Shown here piece after piece: positions 10,001-20,029 of a stretch of 44,872 bases of DNA (the stretch's first letter is position 1; the number at the start of each line of letters is the position of its first letter). The notes under the pieces were generated by a model. It saw only the letters and a program-made list of their open reading frames with translations, was not told where the DNA came from and did no database searches. This DNA comes from Stramenopiles sp. TOSAG23-3. Taxonomy: Eukaryota. The position numbers were made by a program, and so were the translations under genes. The DNA lies in NCBI GenBank assembly GCA_900128585.1, contig LT642171.1, positions 1-44,872 of the forward strand. Direction: 5' to 3'.

Positions 10001-13000
10001 AGCGATGCAAACGTCGTGCGTAAACTCCGTTGTGCGTTTTGCGAACATGGGGGAGTGCTTTTGTTGCTCAACTTGTCCTTGCATGAACCGAAGTCGTCCC
10101 CGGAAGGAAAAAGCTGGAAAAGACGGCAAATGGAGGCAAAGTACGCTTTTCAGGCTTTGGGTGCAGTTCTGCACGATTGCGAACTGAACAAAAAGTTTAT
10201 TGAAGAAGAAATTGGGTTTGTTGAGTTTGCAAATGTTTTAAATGGTTCGTCGATCGTTTTGAGCGAGAGGGTGTTTGACGTTATCCTCGATTTAGGTATT
10301 ATTGGGGATGCCGCAAGTGCTGACGACGGCGGCGATAGCATCTCGGGAAAGAAAGACATTGGAGAGGCTGCCCCTTTGTCGCTCTCCTTGCTGTCAACAG
10401 TTCGTCGAATTTTGTTCCCAGAGCCATTGGTCAACAAGCAGGCGGGGAACGATCATCTGATTGCGTCCCGCGAGAAGAGTTCTGATGAAAATGCGTCGGG
10501 TTCAAAAACAGGAAGTGAAACAAATTCGAACAAGTCCCCAGAACGGTCATTTTCCAACCTTTCGGAGTCTACGCTGCTGAATCCCTCTGGGAGCTTAAAC
10601 CCAAGCAGACGGCCTTCCTACTCTTCTGCGCTGTCTTCGTCGTCCTCGACAAACTCTGGGTTATCACACGATATTACTCGCGGAAAATCTTCCTATGATC
10701 TGTTTGAGCAAGAAGACCTGCTTACTGCAGTTGACTTGGCAATACAGAGCAAACCTCCAAAGACTGAAGACGGGGGTGCCCATGATCTACGGGTGGGAAA
10801 CGCCAACACGACAGTAAAGTTTCGGAGCACCGAGGCCGCCTTAATGCCTATTTTGCTTTTGCCCTCTGCAAGCATATCAACCCAAGAGGCCGTCATCCGA
10901 CGTTTGCTGAGATTGGTGGATATGAATCCAAGCAACTGCCGCGCCTTCTGTGACATGAGGGTTCCAAGCTTCATACTTTGCATCGTGCATAAGATACCGG
11001 ATGAGATCCAACAGTTCTATTTGCAGCTGGTCTCAAAGCTTATGCTGTACCACATTGGCGCCGATGACGTAAGTCTTCTGTTGCGACTTGCCCTGGTAGA
11101 ATCACAGGAAGCTGCGGAAATTTTGAAACGCGCGTATGTGAAAGCTCCTCAAGCCGAACGTCCCAGCATGGAGGAACAAACGGATGAAGTCAATGCTTTG
11201 GTCCAGCGCCGGGAAGAGCTACAGATGCAAATTTACTACATAATCGGGTGCGCTGTAGAACGCAGTGGCCCGTCGTCCTATTTTTATTTCGATGGCACCG
11301 AAGGAACTATTAAATCTGCCTCAATCACGCAGTTCCCGCAAATGTCGACCGGTTACACCGCCAACTGTTGGTTAAAGCTGGACAACGTAATTGCCAAACA
11401 GTTTAGTTTTCTCCGACTCGTGGATAAAGACTCGGAGTCTGTGTTGGAAATATTTTTTAAGCAAGCGACAGGATTAAAATTTGCGAATGCAAACCCAACC
11501 GCATCGTCTGACGATCAAAAGTATTATCTGTGTTTGCGCACATGGCCGTCTAGGAAAGTTTTGGAGCACGGGAAGAAAAAGAGCAGCCCAGGGACCGAGT
11601 CTAATTTTCGCGCTGTTGCGGTCCAAGTTTTCCAGGAATACCCTTGGTCGTGCTTTGGAGACTGGCATCACTTAGCTTTGACGCAGACAAAGAGCACGGT
11701 AAAACTGCACGTAGATGGAGTAGAGGTCAAATCAAACTGGTTGTACCCCCGTCGTCGCGAGAATGACTTCGATGCAGTAGCAAAGGGGTCTCCGTTGTCG
11801 ACTGTCTCAGCAATCGACAATTCTCCCCAAGTTTATTATCCGAACGTGAAGCCGAAATCAAAGATGGCGGCATCAAAGGATTATCCCCTTCGCTTGTTTC
11901 TTGGTGGGGGCAAGCGCATAGAAGACACGAGACGGAACCCCACAGCAAGCCCCCAGGTACAAAATATGTTGTGCGGCCAAGTAGGGACATTCTCCGTGTT
12001 TGAGGGTGCTTTGTCCCTGGAAGATATACGCGAGATTTATCAGAGAGGGTGTTCTCAGGGTATTAGTTCAAAATGCTCCTCCGGAACCAAGTTAAACTGT
12101 GTGTTTTCTATTGATCCCGCTAAATATGCCGACGATAGCACTGGCGAGGGAATTCAGGTATGGCGCCAAGGCAGTTTGAGTGCCTCGTACGCCGATCCTT
12201 CCGCGGGCGTGACAATGTTCTTTGGTGAGAATAATGCCAACCCCAAGGAATCCGCCTTGGGCACGCGACGGAGCCGGCACAGCGTTCAAACACCGCCCCG
12301 GAATATAAAGCAGGGGCGGGAACGCAGTGCCACCTTTACGGGAGGGAGCCCTAAATTCACATTTTCTGATCCAGCTCTGAGCGAATTTGTTATTTCTGCT
12401 TCATTTGATGACCGGGGTGGAAGAATGGGAAGCCCGGCGCGTCACGTGTTTCGAAGACGCCGCGCAGATACAAGTGGTTCTCCGGTGCGAGCGTACCGAA
12501 GAAATCGGTCCGCAACGGACCCGCCGGTAGACGAGCGAAGGGGCAGTGCCCCTCCAAGTTACCGAAAGCCCCCTCTGTTAAGCCTGGATGGGTCCGAAGA
12601 ATCTAGTAATGGGGACACCCCAAAGAGCTCAATTGATACGAGTGCTAGGGAATTGAGCGCAGTATTTGCTGAAATGGACTACAGCACTCAGCAGTCTGCG
12701 GATATCGAAGGCTCTGTTGAAGCTCACCAAACCTTGAGCTTTCACGATGTTGCCCTGAGAGACGGAAAGGTCCTTGACATGTTTTGCGGCCTTTTTGACT
12801 TGGGAGCGACTCACCAAATAGCCGCGTTGAGAATACTAACGGGGTTAATCCAGCGCAGCAAGCGCTTCTTTAAAAAATTTGAAAACCTTCCTACGGGCAA
12901 AAATGCTAAGACGGAGCATAACGGAGTTCTGATTGTAAACCACCTCTTAGTAAAAAACAGAAGCACATGGTCTGCAGATACCTTTCTGCCGCTAATCGAG

Positions 13001-15919
13001 ACCGTATCTTTAGCCATTGCAAACGAAGGAAGCTCTTGTTTGCGGGCATCTTTTTCATCAGTACTTCGCACGGTTCTGGACATGATCCAAGAAATAGACA
13101 TAGAGCGTAACCCACTTTTGTTTGAAAATGTCGTCCAGCTACTGGTAGACAGTATACTGCAACACCCGCAGGGCCTCGTTTACCTGCGAAACCAACCCTA
13201 TGGGAATTCAACAAATGCTAGCGCCATTTTTATCCTTTTTGAAATCATGCTATTTGCCCACATGGCCGAACCGCCGCGTTTCTCACCGCCGCAAATTAAG
13301 CGATCGTCCAGTGGGGACGGGCAAAAAGGTATCTTCAGCTTCGAGGAACAAGAGAGCGCCCTGAGCACCTCAACAGGGTCTGTCACTACTGAGACCACCG
13401 AGACTGTACGAGCGAAAAGGAACACCCTGACTTCTTGCTCCAGAATCATGGTTGCCGCTTTTAATAGTGGTATAGTGAACGGAAAGAACGACGAGTACGA
13501 GATTGATCGAAACGAGGTGGTTGCAGTTGCGCAAACGCTTGGCTTCGAAACAGACTTGGAACTTTTCACTCCAGATGCGTGGCTATTGGCAAAAATCGAA
13601 TTGTCCAAAACTGTGTTGACTTTCATTGTTGATTCTCCTGTCCCACTGGGGCAGAAAGCCGCGGTTGCATTCAGACAGATTAAGCCAGAGTTTCCTTGGC
13701 TAACGGCGTTCCAAATGATGGCGTGCGAATTATCGGAAACAGTCCGAGTAAATGGAATCATGCTACTGTCGACGCTGTTGGCACTTCCATCGGTGGAGGA
13801 CCCTCTGCACTCCAAAGTGAACAAGCTAAGGTCTAATTTTGAGATTAATTATGGGTACGCGCTTATGCTCTCGATTTTACAGAGGTTCCCTGTGACTGAA
13901 GGTGTATGCAACGCACTGATGGATTTGTCTGTGGAGAGGCAGGCACCTCAACGGGCATACAGGTCTCGGGAAGCGTCCTCTTCTCAAGACGGTATCGTTG
14001 GGGCGGATTCTGAATCCTTGGAATTAATCAACCCCGGGGCATTGCGCGTGCTGCTGAATCTGTTGAAAACAGCGGCGTTCAAACAGCCGGAAATGGTTTC
14101 TGCGTCCGTGCGCACCATAGAGCGGATGATCTCTCCAGATATGTGTGGTAGCGAAAGGGCTGCAAATGTAGCAGTAAAGAACCTGGACACGTTGTTAGCG
14201 TGCCAGTTTGAAAAGCACCCATTAACATGGTTTTTGGACTTTATCGCATGGTGCGAGACGCACACGTTCGATGACCCAAATGCGCGGTGGGAATCCACAG
14301 AGGAGGACAGAGGGGGAGGGCACGAACGCCGCAGGCGCTCGTTGACTCCTCAGAACAGCCAATATTACAGCGACGATGAAGCCGCTGTCATGTCTGCTGA
14401 GGCGGCAAGAGGAGAAAAGTTTGGGTTTTCCTCCGCCTACTCGCCGGCATTTAGTGTGAGCTCGTTTGACGGCGAGTCTCTGTCGTCATTTAGCCTTGGG
14501 GGCGGATCAGACCGTAACAGTAGCCCATCCGGAAGCTCTGCCGCTCTTGACTTTTTCGATACTATTCATGCTATCATTCGGAGAATGATATTGCACGACT
14601 TTTGTAAGCCTTGGAAGAAAGCTCCGTCCATCCTCTACACGCAGTTCCTGCACATGGCTTCCTCCACGGAGTGGAATGACGACCAGTCGTACAACCAAGT
14701 GTACTTTGTTGCTGCCGTATTGGATGATTTATTGGACGAAATAGACAAGAAGCCTCGTTTGCCTTTTTCTCCAACCGTGCATGCTTTTGCAACGGCGGAG
14801 ACGGTCGTATCGAGCGGCGCCACCACGAATACACTTCGAAACCTCGCTACGTTTTTAAGTGGGGTGTTTGAGCGCCTTGAAAATTCGACGGTGGAGCACA
14901 CGTTGGCGTGCGACAATCTTCCGGCCCTGATTTCAAAGGCTGTGATCGTTATAAAAAGAATAACCGCCCACAACCGCGACGAACGATTAAAAATGAAAAG
15001 CACAAATCTTTTCTCGGTGCGCGACAATCTGGTGCTGCACTGCCTCTCGAGTTATCGCATGTCGCAATGGCGGATCGATCAGCGTGTAGAGGCCATTGCA
15101 AGCGTTACTTCGGCCGTCGAAATCGTTGCAGTGGAACCGAATTTTGCGTCGATGGGTGGCATGATAAATTTGATCCACTTGTTCTTTGAAATTTTATCGG
15201 AAGGGACAGACAGCACGGTGATTCCTCTCCAAACGTCAGTCGCCCGCCTTCTTCGAGTTGCACTGGAAGCAAGCGACAATAATCGAAGAGAGCTCGTCCG
15301 TGCTATTCAGGACCAAAATGTCCTTGAAGAACTGTTGCCAACGCTCGGGCTGGCGTCGTATGACTACAAGGCAGTCCTGGCCAGCCAAGGTGCATGGCTT
15401 GGCTCGTGGCGAAAGAGTTCTGGGTCTTCGAGCGGGAGCGCAGGTCTGTTTGCGTCGGAACTAACGGCCTCCGACGTTGCCTTGTTCATCGACTGGTTCT
15501 TGAGCTACGAGGCCCGAGAGGACACCATAAATAGAATCGCAAAGGCCATCGCACCCATTCACAAAGCGTGCGAAACCAATCGAAAGAAGAACAGCACTAA
15601 AATTACAAAATACATAAAGAACAACGTGTCCTTGGATGCGAGGCAAACGAGCAACATCGAAAAGACGGTGGAAGAAATGGATGGGAAATTGTCTGCATGG
15701 CAAGTAGAGGACAGCCAGACCTTCCGGGCCCGTTTTTTTGCGGAAAAGAGTAATCGGGGGAAACGATTGGAGGAGGGCAAAGCATCGTGGGCTGCAGTAT
15801 CTGCTGCCGTAAGAAAGACATCAGTGGATAGAGCAGGTCACGAGCCAGAAGTTGACCCGTGGGAAAATGCTTGTGGCAATAGTAAAGTTTTCAACCAGGG
15901 CGGCGCTGAGGAAGACTAA
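7073..15919 (+). CDS. Large ARM-repeat + ConA/LamG-like protein resembling the N-terminal part of BEACH-family proteins (neurobeachin/LRBA/LvsA-like)
   Basis: Uninterrupted 2948-aa ORF with helical ARM-like repeats. A ConA-like segment (GYTANCWLKL...WHHLALT...KLHVDG...LCGQVGTFSVFEGALSLEDIREIYQRG) is typical of BEACH proteins. No BEACH or WD40 motifs are visible. Confidence 0.75.
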   Translation: MSWSWMKSYLVSRRLKKEWAAFQQQDSNSADASGNSSTSQRTVDEVSRAKLGTFVKDFCECHKDAFPSFSEGLDEQASETWSSDSLYGDCSPLLLGIVDILPRLAHSKKKSTLSVVVDNRSDPDYAEGKEGAGIGVEELVTGCFSVLDIILFDNKYINIAVSQVINSDGGGPYIVNVLVNAMQKVSSNGAKVVILRIINRIARKNKENRLLIRRIKGFNKIYKLLKVGDDALSEEILRTIKIFLIDRDREAIAGLTEAGLKLPGAHKNSASDKTGSGGITERVVAEIGRLVGWGYHPNNEKAGRSNKATLGNDAVIVKSFPPLEKRLKRVLQEAKQKIENCSTVKNNINNSFEGRAGENIGTDSRKSSQTEQDEQALATLTTVLQKFVRGDGDVKGERAIEVLLTIHMLLLRKAGLHVTFLKIGGYEVLEQLPKWLLSGSPSEPSVERLETFFKILLAMTIDCEYTALGVKAATASTVEQNGWGSSPGGSGARGDQAETKEKAKVDPGGEPPDVFEKEPFLVEDICALQALSNIVDRDKDPRVICFAIRCIYNIVSINPSNVVYVNELCINEKILNILSVPATNFAVGKPGGAGMQRAFELMKETDLLLRYLYVLNGNIDQGILVSYIQILQQSYAYSQREKIINDQFVNYESPMSTATHMNILLEGISGMLSDNHHRGIFANITASPVILEILRFQLRFVRRRLVSKRDDIETVTSADGPPQNETADGTSEEMDDDPEVRARKEVVDIVAKNVLITLEILALLILRDSVEEYDAFHSVQGWRLILDVIQAGNDFNRAMMGIGRTSRRRRGKGITSSTLQQPVSELALWLLREIVLVGSRREEESLESGGGGIPWVVRLLREAWPKTTLDLLQPGTASRNHASSSFSAGAYESLSDEDSDDNDEEDAWAHTGTSSGTSSLRLALLQAVTLLFSTPSVQKTPPLVHMDSAGHTVPLLSLELSAIGRTDSAQVPVGHCSDANVVRKLRCAFCEHGGVLLLLNLSLHEPKSSPEGKSWKRRQMEAKYAFQALGAVLHDCELNKKFIEEEIGFVEFANVLNGSSIVLSERVFDVILDLGIIGDAASADDGGDSISGKKDIGEAAPLSLSLLSTVRRILFPEPLVNKQAGNDHLIASREKSSDENASGSKTGSETNSNKSPERSFSNLSESTLLNPSGSLNPSRRPSYSSALSSSSSTNSGLSHDITRGKSSYDLFEQEDLLTAVDLAIQSKPPKTEDGGAHDLRVGNANTTVKFRSTEAALMPILLLPSASISTQEAVIRRLLRLVDMNPSNCRAFCDMRVPSFILCIVHKIPDEIQQFYLQLVSKLMLYHIGADDVSLLLRLALVESQEAAEILKRAYVKAPQAERPSMEEQTDEVNALVQRREELQMQIYYIIGCAVERSGPSSYFYFDGTEGTIKSASITQFPQMSTGYTANCWLKLDNVIAKQFSFLRLVDKDSESVLEIFFKQATGLKFANANPTASSDDQKYYLCLRTWPSRKVLEHGKKKSSPGTESNFRAVAVQVFQEYPWSCFGDWHHLALTQTKSTVKLHVDGVEVKSNWLYPRRRENDFDAVAKGSPLSTVSAIDNSPQVYYPNVKPKSKMAASKDYPLRLFLGGGKRIEDTRRNPTASPQVQNMLCGQVGTFSVFEGALSLEDIREIYQRGCSQGISSKCSSGTKLNCVFSIDPAKYADDSTGEGIQVWRQGSLSASYADPSAGVTMFFGENNANPKESALGTRRSRHSVQTPPRNIKQGRERSATFTGGSPKFTFSDPALSEFVISASFDDRGGRMGSPARHVFRRRRADTSGSPVRAYRRNRSATDPPVDERRGSAPPSYRKPPLLSLDGSEESSNGDTPKSSIDTSARELSAVFAEMDYSTQQSADIEGSVEAHQTLSFHDVALRDGKVLDMFCGLFDLGATHQIAALRILTGLIQRSKRFFKKFENLPTGKNAKTEHNGVLIVNHLLVKNRSTWSADTFLPLIETVSLAIANEGSSCLRASFSSVLRTVLDMIQEIDIERNPLLFENVVQLLVDSILQHPQGLVYLRNQPYGNSTNASAIFILFEIMLFAHMAEPPRFSPPQIKRSSSGDGQKGIFSFEEQESALSTSTGSVTTETTETVRAKRNTLTSCSRIMVAAFNSGIVNGKNDEYEIDRNEVVAVAQTLGFETDLELFTPDAWLLAKIELSKTVLTFIVDSPVPLGQKAAVAFRQIKPEFPWLTAFQMMACELSETVRVNGIMLLSTLLALPSVEDPLHSKVNKLRSNFEINYGYALMLSILQRFPVTEGVCNALMDLSVERQAPQRAYRSREASSSQDGIVGADSESLELINPGALRVLLNLLKTAAFKQPEMVSASVRTIERMISPDMCGSERAANVAVKNLDTLLACQFEKHPLTWFLDFIAWCETHTFDDPNARWESTEEDRGGGHERRRRSLTPQNSQYYSDDEAAVMSAEAARGEKFGFSSAYSPAFSVSSFDGESLSSFSLGGGSDRNSSPSGSSAALDFFDTIHAIIRRMILHDFCKPWKKAPSILYTQFLHMASSTEWNDDQSYNQVYFVAAVLDDLLDEIDKKPRLPFSPTVHAFATAETVVSSGATTNTLRNLATFLSGVFERLENSTVEHTLACDNLPALISKAVIVIKRITAHNRDERLKMKSTNLFSVRDNLVLHCLSSYRMSQWRIDQRVEAIASVTSAVEIVAVEPNFASMGGMINLIHLFFEILSEGTDSTVIPLQTSVARLLRVALEASDNNRRELVRAIQDQNVLEELLPTLGLASYDYKAVLASQGAWLGSWRKSSGSSSGSAGLFASELTASDVALFIDWFLSYEAREDTINRIAKAIAPIHKACETNRKKNSTKITKYIKNNVSLDARQTSNIEKTVEEMDGKLSAWQVEDSQTFRARFFAEKSNRGKRLEEGKASWAAVSAAVRKTSVDRAGHEPEVDPWENACGNSKVFNQGGAEED

Positions 15920-16012
15920 GATGTAAGTTTACCTATTAACAAATACGCCGTCGGGCACAGCCAATCTTAAGTTTTCGAAGTAATGTCTGTACTAAAATAA
16001 AAAACAAATTAA

Positions 16013-16067
16013 ATAGTATGTTTTAAGACTCTCATTTTAAATCAAATACTACTTCAAATCCAACCCT
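16013..16067 (+). repeat. Dispersed 3'-flanking element, copy A
   Basis: atagtatgttttaagactctcattttaaatcaaatactacttcaaatccaaccct is the reverse complement of 38733..38791 apart from two small indels. Confidence 0.9.
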
Positions 16068-16769
16068 AATCCAAACTCGATTTCACGACTCCTCGTACTC
16101 CTCGTTATTACGTGTCAGATTCAAGGTTTACATTCCTTCATGTTCGTTCTTCGTTCTGCACTGCATGCGAACTTTTCTTTGCTCTTGTGGCTTGTATTAT
16201 TTTTTAGCCTCGTATGTGAGTACGTATTAAATACCTACCTAACCTATATAGTCGATCTATTATACAAGTACAAAGGTCCATCAAGAAAATTGGTGCGTCA
16301 TTTTTTTCTTTTGTGTCTTGTTATTTGGTCTTGTTGAGCTTTGTGTTTGTGCCTTGTGCGTTATTTAGCAATTTAACAAGGACATATCATTACAGCCATA
16401 ATTTTTATTTTGTTTTTTTGGATATTTTAAAAAATTCTGGACAGACAGAGAAAATATAGGTAGACACAGTGGGGAAACTTTTATTATAACATCATCAATA
16501 ACAATATCTCTAATCTCGTTACCTTTTATACAGGTAAATAGTATTAAAAAGTAAGCATCACTCACCCTCCTTCCTCCCTTCAAAAAAACAAAACAGGAGG
16601 ACGAGTTGGTAAAACTAATGTCCCCACACAAGTAAAAGGGACAGTGGTATGGGTAGGAAAAAAAATGAGACAGAAGAAGAAGTAAGAAACAAAGAAGAAG
16701 TAAGAAACAAAGAAAATTAAAAGAAGTCCTTTTTTATATATTTAAACTGTACAAAAGAAAACAAACAGC

Positions 16770-18131
16770 ATGCCACGCCATAACAGAAACAAGAAGGGAA
16801 ACAAAGGTGCTGCCAAGAAAGTGCAATCCCCGGCCCCTGCCGTTGTCGCTGCCCCTGCCGTTGTCGCTGCCCCTGCCGTTGTCGCTGCCGCGCCAGCAGC
16901 CCCAGCCGTGGACGAGGCGTCTTCCAAAGGACGCATTCGCCAGGTAATCGAGTCGGAGCATGTCGAAAACGCTGTTTCATACCTGTCCAGCTACGCCCCA
17001 ACGTTGGTCAACCTCTACGGCTCCATGAAAGAGCAGCTTCCGGAGACTTTGAAGAGCCACGTGGACACCCTGGAAACCGACTACGTTGTTCCAACGGCCA
17101 AGAAAAGCCTTGACGTTGCCAACAACCTTGTCGACCAAGTTGACTCCCACCTTATCAAAGCGGAAGAGACGGTTGTGTCCAACTTGGATGCTACCCGCCA
17201 TTCCGTAGAGACGACGAAAGAAATGGTCTACACCAACGTTGAGTCAACGAAGCAAGTTGTACTCTCCAACGTGGAATCAACGAAGCAAGTGGTACTCTCC
17301 AACGTGGAATCAACGAAGCAAGTTGTTCTTTCCAACGTCCTGGCCACCGTGGGCACTGGCCTTGACAAGATTGAAGGTGCTGTTGATTACATTCTTCCGG
17401 AAGAATCCGTGGAAGGAGAAGCTTCTGGTGCCGTTGAACCAAAAGAAACGGAGGAAGAAATCCAAGCTCGCATTCGCCAGCTTTCTGCCAAATTGGTAAG
17501 GCGCCTGGAGAAACTGTCCCTGGTCGCTGCTATCCACAAAGCCACCGCCGACTCTGCCAAGGTCATGAACGAACGATACGGACAGTTCCAAGAGAATGTC
17601 GTCGCCCCCAGCCAAATCTTCTTGAACGAGAAGTACGAAAAATCAGAACAATACTTGAAGGAAACCCGGGCCGTGTCCGAAGCGTTCCTACTCGAAAAGT
17701 ACGAAAAGAGTGGAATCCAAGAATTGAGCACCAACACGTACAAAAAGCTGAACGAAACTGTAATTGCGCCGACGTCTGCCTTCGTGGAGGGGTTTAAGCT
17801 TGAATTGAAGGGGAACAAGACGTTCGAAAACTTGCCGAAAACGAAGGACGAGTTGGTCGCTGCGCTTGTGCAAGGGTACGGCCTCGTCCAGTCTAAGGTC
17901 CTTGTGCCAGCGGCGACGTACGCCGGTGTCGGGGAAACCTTCAAAATCTACGAAGAGTTTCTTATTAACAAGATATTTGGCGAGGCAAAAAGTGTCAAAG
18001 CCCCCGTGTCTCAGGAAACCGTATCCACCGATTCAGTTGAAAGCGAAGGGCCTGAAATATGGCACGATGCCCCTGCCAAGTTCGAGAACGACAAATTGGT
18101 CCCACTCTACCCCGACGACGACGAACAGTAA
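16770..18131 (+). CDS. Perilipin-like lipid-droplet protein with 11-mer amphipathic repeats
   Basis: Tandem 11-aa repeats (NVESTKQVVLS)x3 plus degenerate copies, followed by GLDKIEGAVDYILPEE, which resembles the perilipin VD-x-LP motif. The protein is helical and E/K-rich. Confidence 0.65.
   Translation: MPRHNRNKKGNKGAAKKVQSPAPAVVAAPAVVAAPAVVAAAPAAPAVDEASSKGRIRQVIESEHVENAVSYLSSYAPTLVNLYGSMKEQLPETLKSHVDTLETDYVVPTAKKSLDVANNLVDQVDSHLIKAEETVVSNLDATRHSVETTKEMVYTNVESTKQVVLSNVESTKQVVLSNVESTKQVVLSNVLATVGTGLDKIEGAVDYILPEESVEGEASGAVEPKETEEEIQARIRQLSAKLVRRLEKLSLVAAIHKATADSAKVMNERYGQFQENVVAPSQIFLNEKYEKSEQYLKETRAVSEAFLLEKYEKSGIQELSTNTYKKLNETVIAPTSAFVEGFKLELKGNKTFENLPKTKDELVAALVQGYGLVQSKVLVPAATYAGVGETFKIYEEFLINKIFGEAKSVKAPVSQETVSTDSVESEGPEIWHDAPAKFENDKLVPLYPDDDEQ
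16833..16886 (+). repeat. 18-nt coding tandem repeat x3 (APAVVA)
   Basis: gcccctgccgttgtcgct repeated three times. Confidence 0.95.
17233..17338 (+). repeat. 33-nt coding tandem repeat x3 (11-mer helix)
   Basis: Three ccaacgt(t/g)ga(g/a)tcaacgaagcaagt... units with synonymous differences. Confidence 0.95.
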
Positions 18132-18479
18132 ACGCCTTCGGTAGCTCGTCTTCCTTGCGGCACAGAACCATTCTAGTTTCTGTTATAGAATCCCGCAAAT
18201 GAGAAGGTTGCGAGTCTTTCGGGCGCTTTCCTTCAACGGTGAAGGTTCTTGTGGCTCTTTTGTCTTATTTTCTCCGATTCGTTGGTTGGAACTGCGATCG
18301 CATCGACTGCAATCTGTCGCGTCTGTGTCGTTTGTTTTGATTTCTACACTTTAACATTTAAATAAGTTTTACTGTGAAATTATCAGATATTAATTTATAT
18401 CTTAGATACGAAGGAGGTGAAGACTTTTTAAATCTTAACGGCCATATCAGTTTCTCAAAACACTCAAAAATAATTTTAT

Positions 18480-18533
18480 CAAATTGGCTGTTATTTATTG
18501 AAAAAACAAATTGGCTGTTATTTATTAAAAAAA
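18480..18533 (+). repeat. 27-bp direct tandem duplication
   Basis: caaattggctgttatttatt(g/a)aaaaaa x2, running into a partial copy of the dispersed 3' element (aaaaaacaaaatatatagtatgct). Confidence 0.85.
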
Positions 18534-18670
18534 CAAAATATATAGTATGCTATGTGTTATTTATTTATTTTCAATTTAAAAAATCTAATTTCTTTACAAG
18601 TACAAATTCTTTATATCGTTATCGTTGCGTCGGAAAATATGCACCGGCGGCGTGCACGGACTGGAAGGAC

Positions 18671-19183
18671 TCAGTGCCATTGTTGTCGTTGTTTTTGCTG
18701 TCGCTTCGCAAAGTGGTTCCTTTCCGCACGCTGCTGTCGCGAGTCTCTGTTTTCACGCGAAATTTCTCGCCTTGTTGGTTCCACCTGCTTGTTGCTCCTG
18801 TATGCAGTATGGCCGATTGATTCAGTTGGTTTGGAGTAAGTCTCTCTGCGCTGTTGCATCTGTTGTTGTGCTTTGCGGCTTGCGCGGTGGCTCATAGCTT
18901 TGCCACTCCCTCGTTTCAAAAAATTTTTTTGGCACCCAGCTGCGTAGTTACCGTCTTGGCTTTCCCTGGGCTTTAAGACGTTCGCCCCTGCAGCGTACGG
19001 GTCGGTCTGTTCGGAATACCTCGAATGCTTCTGCTGTCCCAGGGGTCGTTTCTTTTCAAACCCCAACTTTCTGCGAAGCGATTGTGGCAAAGCACTTTTT
19101 GGCACTTTTGCGCGCGGTATCCGCATATCTAAATCAGAACCGTGTGAACATATCAATCCACTGGACGAGCGTGCTCCTGACAT
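18671..19183 (-). CDS. Hypothetical basic, Arg/Gln-rich, probably disordered protein
   Basis: 170-aa ATG ORF occupying a GC-rich island between AT-rich spacers. No recognised domain. Confidence 0.6.
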   Translation of the reverse strand: MSGARSSSGLICSHGSDLDMRIPRAKVPKSALPQSLRRKLGFEKKRPLGQQKHSRYSEQTDPYAAGANVLKPRESQDGNYAAGCQKNFLKRGSGKAMSHRASRKAQQQMQQRRETYSKPTESIGHTAYRSNKQVEPTRREISRENRDSRQQRAERNHFAKRQQKQRQQWH

Positions 19184-20029
19184 TGTGAATGGTGGTAGGA
19201 ATGAAACGTGTGTCTTTCAATTTTTTTCTTTACCTCTATATAAGTATTTGTATACGGTTATTATCGTTTTTCTTCTTCTTCTTTTTTTTTCTTCTTCTTT
19301 CTTTCTGACTATTTTTTCTAAATTTCTAGAATGAATGATATCGGATCGATTGGTTGCCCTTTTATGTAAGAATATTTTTATACAGTCGTCGGATTCTTTT
19401 ACCAAAACAAAAAACAACCAACTTTTCTTTATACACTCCTCTACTTCTTCTTCTTCTTTTTTTCAATACTATTGCATTGATTGATTGAAACTACAACAAC
19501 AAGCCTCCTCGTCGTCGTCGTTTGTTGCACATGGAAGAAGAAATTCCTAAATTAAGGATATATCATACTTTCAAAGTATGATATACGTAGTTATATAATA
19601 ATGAAAACATAGAACACAATTTAAAACATATTATAAATTATCCTTAATTATTAAAATGATGTATAACGGTGCCACCGGTAATAAAATAAAAAAAGTCCAA
19701 AGAGAACGAAAAGAAGTCCAAAGAAGAAGGGAAAAGAAGACAACAAGAAGGAGGAGCGTATATTGTCCAATAATGTATATTAAATAAAACTAAAATATAC
19801 GAGAATGAAGCAACAAGAATAAAATAAAACTAGAATAACTAGTCTAAATATAAGGAGCATCTTTTATTGATCAAATTGTTAAATAATTAAATAAATAATG
19901 AGATGAAACCGTAGGAATGTTTTTGTTTCATCTGTTGTTGGTTGTTGCCTGTTGTTCTTTTTACTTGTTATTATTAGTCGGTCGATTATTAAGACTAGTA
20001 TTTTATTCTTACCCAAAATTAAAACCAAC

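Noticed and set aside
17233-17338. 33-nt direct repeats resembling a CRISPR array
   Set aside because: There are no spacers, the repeats are in-frame coding units with synonymous variation, and no cas genes are present.
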